Shown here piece by piece: positions 61,919-64,000 of a stretch of 64,000 bases of DNA. Source of the DNA: Candidatus Thorarchaeota archaeon. GTDB lineage: Archaea > Asgardarchaeota > Thorarchaeia > Thorarchaeales > Thorarchaeaceae. The stretch is from the NCBI GenBank assembly GCA_963726195.1, contig CAVSBO010000004.1, positions 351,723 through 415,722 on the forward strand, given 5' to 3'. The notes beneath the pieces are model-generated. The model was not told the origin of the DNA, ran no database searches, and saw only the letters and a program-made list of their open reading frames with translations. Position 1 is the first letter of the stretch, and the number at the start of each line of letters is the position of its first letter. A program made the translations under genes and the position numbers.

Positions 61919-63170
61919 ATGGTTGGACTGCTCAAGAGAGACCCGATCTCAAAGGCGAAGAAGCATATTGAGAAGGCTTTGCATGAGCTTGAGGGAAACT
62001 ACCCTGGTTATGCGAGCGAAGAATACGAGCACGCCGGAAGACTGTTTTTGGAAGCAGAGGAAATCGACTTCGCTGTGAAGTACTTCCGAGAGTCCGCGAA
62101 CTGCGCTCTCCAGTCAGAAGACCACGTTCGTGCAGCGGACATCAAAATCACTGCAGCAGAGGCGCTCGTCAGCGATGGCCGATTTCAGGAAGCAGGAAGC
62201 ATGTACTCGGAGGCATCTGATCACTACCACCATGAAAAGAGGGTGAACGAGTCTGCACGAGCCCTATCGACAGCAGTCCTCTGCTACCTTGCAGCCAGAA
62301 GCTTCGAGACCGCTGTCAATCTTCTTAGAAAAGCGGAGGGTAGAGTGACAGGGTCTTCGCAGGCAAAGGCTCCTACGCTTAATCTGGCATCTGCGGGTGT
62401 TGCAATTCTGTGTGAGGGCGAGGATGTCAAACCCAAACAGTTGCAGAAAGCAATAGACCAATTCAAGGGCAAGCCGTCAGAGTCCGCTCTGCTGGACTTC
62501 ATCGCATCTTCTCTCAAGTTGGCCCTTGACACCGATGTTGTCATAGAGTGGGCTGGCCAAAAGAATGACAATGTTCTCGTGAAAGAGCCGATCGAGTTCG
62601 AGGTCAAGTACAGCTGCCCCGATTCGGTTCGCGTTGTCGATTATCGGGTCTCGTTGTCATCAAATCTGGTTGTGTCGAAAATGCCGAAAATCACTGGCGG
62701 CGCTGCAACAGGAGACTCCTGGCTGATGGAAGTGACTCCAATCTTGGATGGTAGTGGGATGGTAGGGCCTATCAAAGTCAGATTGGAAGGCGAGAAGGTT
62801 CTCGTCAACAGGCAGAGTAATGCGATCAAGTTCGAAATATCTCCGGCACCACCGCTTCTCGAGGTGACTTTGAACCCGCAACAAACATCCTGCGGGGTGG
62901 GTGATGATGTCGTAGTTGATGTTGTACTGAAGAACACCGGACATGGTCCAGCAAGCAACCTCACTGTGACTTCCGAACTGTCTGACGGACTTCAGCTTTC
63001 ACTAGGAAATGGCCAGAAGACGATCCAGTTCCTTGCTACAGGAGAAGAAATGCGGTTTCTACTATACATCAAAGCATTGGCTCGTGGGGATGGTTCTCGT
63101 CACTGTCAAGACAAAAGAACCGAATCATGATATAGAGTTGGTGAAGACAGCCCTGATTAGAGTCACCTAG
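61919..63170 (+). CDS. Alpha-SNAP-like TPR solenoid fused to two Ig-like (CARDB/DUF11-type) domains; frameshift at ~63093
   Basis: Repeated A..Y..A helices, then beta-sandwiches (VVLKNTGHGPASNL). Removing one T extends it to ...IRVT* at 63170. Confidence 0.7.
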
Positions 63171-63916
63171 GGCTTCTTTTGACCTGTCTTCCTGCGCCTC
63201 TTCTCTCTCTCTTCAAGGATGCTCAGACAAGCATCCATGACTCCCTGAATTGTTTCTTCCTGCTTGAACATCTTGAGAAGATCGCCAGCATCGTCAAACC
63301 GGTTTTCAGTTAGGGCTTGACTGAATGACAACAACGTCTTCAGCCAATCCCACGTTGTCTTGTCAACAATCCTTCTTGCCCTGTCTATTCTCTTCTTTGC
63401 CTCTGGGGCCTTCTCAATCGTCGCGAAACCCATCGCTGCAAGAGAGAAATCTATGACAGCTCTCTCCGCCTTTCCATCCTGTACTGCTTCTTCGGCAGCC
63501 TTGTCATACAGTTTCGCCATATTGTCGGCGCATGTCAGGAAGTATTCTGCATTGCCGAGCTTGTGACATGCATGCGCGGCCCAAAGGTATGACTGTGCCG
63601 CAGTTTCAGTCAATCCCGCCTCTAAGGCTTCCCTTGCCGCATTCTCGAAGAGAGTGAGCGCAGTTGCCTGTTCGTCAACCTGACGATACTGACTTGCCGC
63701 CTCAAAGTAGGCCATGGCAGCAGTCTTGTGGTCGCCTTTCTCATAGGTCATCTCAGCATATCTGTGAAAGTACTCGGCTGCCTTGCGAGTCATCTCGACA
63801 ACGTGATCCAGATAACAGCTTGCCGCTTGCTTATACTGATTCGCGGCTTGGAAGTACTTCTCTGCCTCGGCGAATTCACCTGCGAGCCTTTCCCACTGGC
63901 CACACTCATCTTCCAT
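63167..63916 (-). CDS. Alpha-SNAP-like TPR solenoid protein
   Basis: AANQYKQAASCY, AAMAYFEAASQY and AAQSYLWAAHAC repeats. Confidence 0.72.
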   Translation of the reverse strand: MEDECGQWERLAGEFAEAEKYFQAANQYKQAASCYLDHVVEMTRKAAEYFHRYAEMTYEKGDHKTAAMAYFEAASQYRQVDEQATALTLFENAAREALEAGLTETAAQSYLWAAHACHKLGNAEYFLTCADNMAKLYDKAAEEAVQDGKAERAVIDFSLAAMGFATIEKAPEAKKRIDRARRIVDKTTWDWLKTLLSFSQALTENRFDDAGDLLKMFKQEETIQGVMDACLSILEEREKRRRKTGQKKP

Positions 63917-64000
63917 AATCGTCAAGCTCCGGACGGCAAGTCTCTAGACTGCACTGAAACGCTCAACTAGACCTGAGTTGGGGCGTGTGAAGCACAAATA

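Noticed and set aside
415-63970. Numerous 60-230 aa antisense or overlapping ORFs in the track
   Set aside because: They are shadows of well-supported genes and lack motifs or natural composition.
1-64000. CRISPR arrays, rRNA/tRNA genes, transposases, integrases
   Set aside because: No regularly spaced repeats, RNA gene signatures or DDE/tyrosine-recombinase motifs recognised by eye. Intron-containing tRNAs could have been missed.

Overview
A 64-kb gene-dense archaeal chromosomal segment. It is most consistent with an Asgard archaeon, probably Thorarchaeia-like; this is inferred from archaeal informational genes plus several eukaryote-signature-like proteins. Housekeeping genes include hisS, trpS, archaeal SAM synthetase, thermosome, Rpo6, Ard1, AK6, MEMO1, AlaX, an Nre-like protein and cyclophilin. 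Metabolic genes include a group 3b [NiFe] sulfhydrogenase operon, a GlcD-like/CCG-domain oxidoreductase pair and an acyl-CoA dehydrogenase. There are also transporters, an orphan N6-adenine DNA methyltransferase and several membrane-anchored surface proteins. About eleven single-base frameshifts hit otherwise intact genes and most likely reflect long-read consensus errors. I recognised no rRNA, tRNA, CRISPR array or transposase. The most notable candidates are: (1) a protein resembling the eukaryotic AAA+ adaptors CINP/C1orf109; (2) Rpo6 with an RPB6-like acidic tail and a fused helix-hairpin-helix domain; (3) two convergent alpha-SNAP-like TPR genes whose stop codons overlap; (4) a multi-TM protein fused to a longin-like domain; (5) tandem membrane-anchored M23 peptidases next to duplicated Cys-rich membrane proteins; and (6) a dispersed SPFH/YdjG-like membrane-stress module. 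All family calls come from motif recognition by eye, without database searches.
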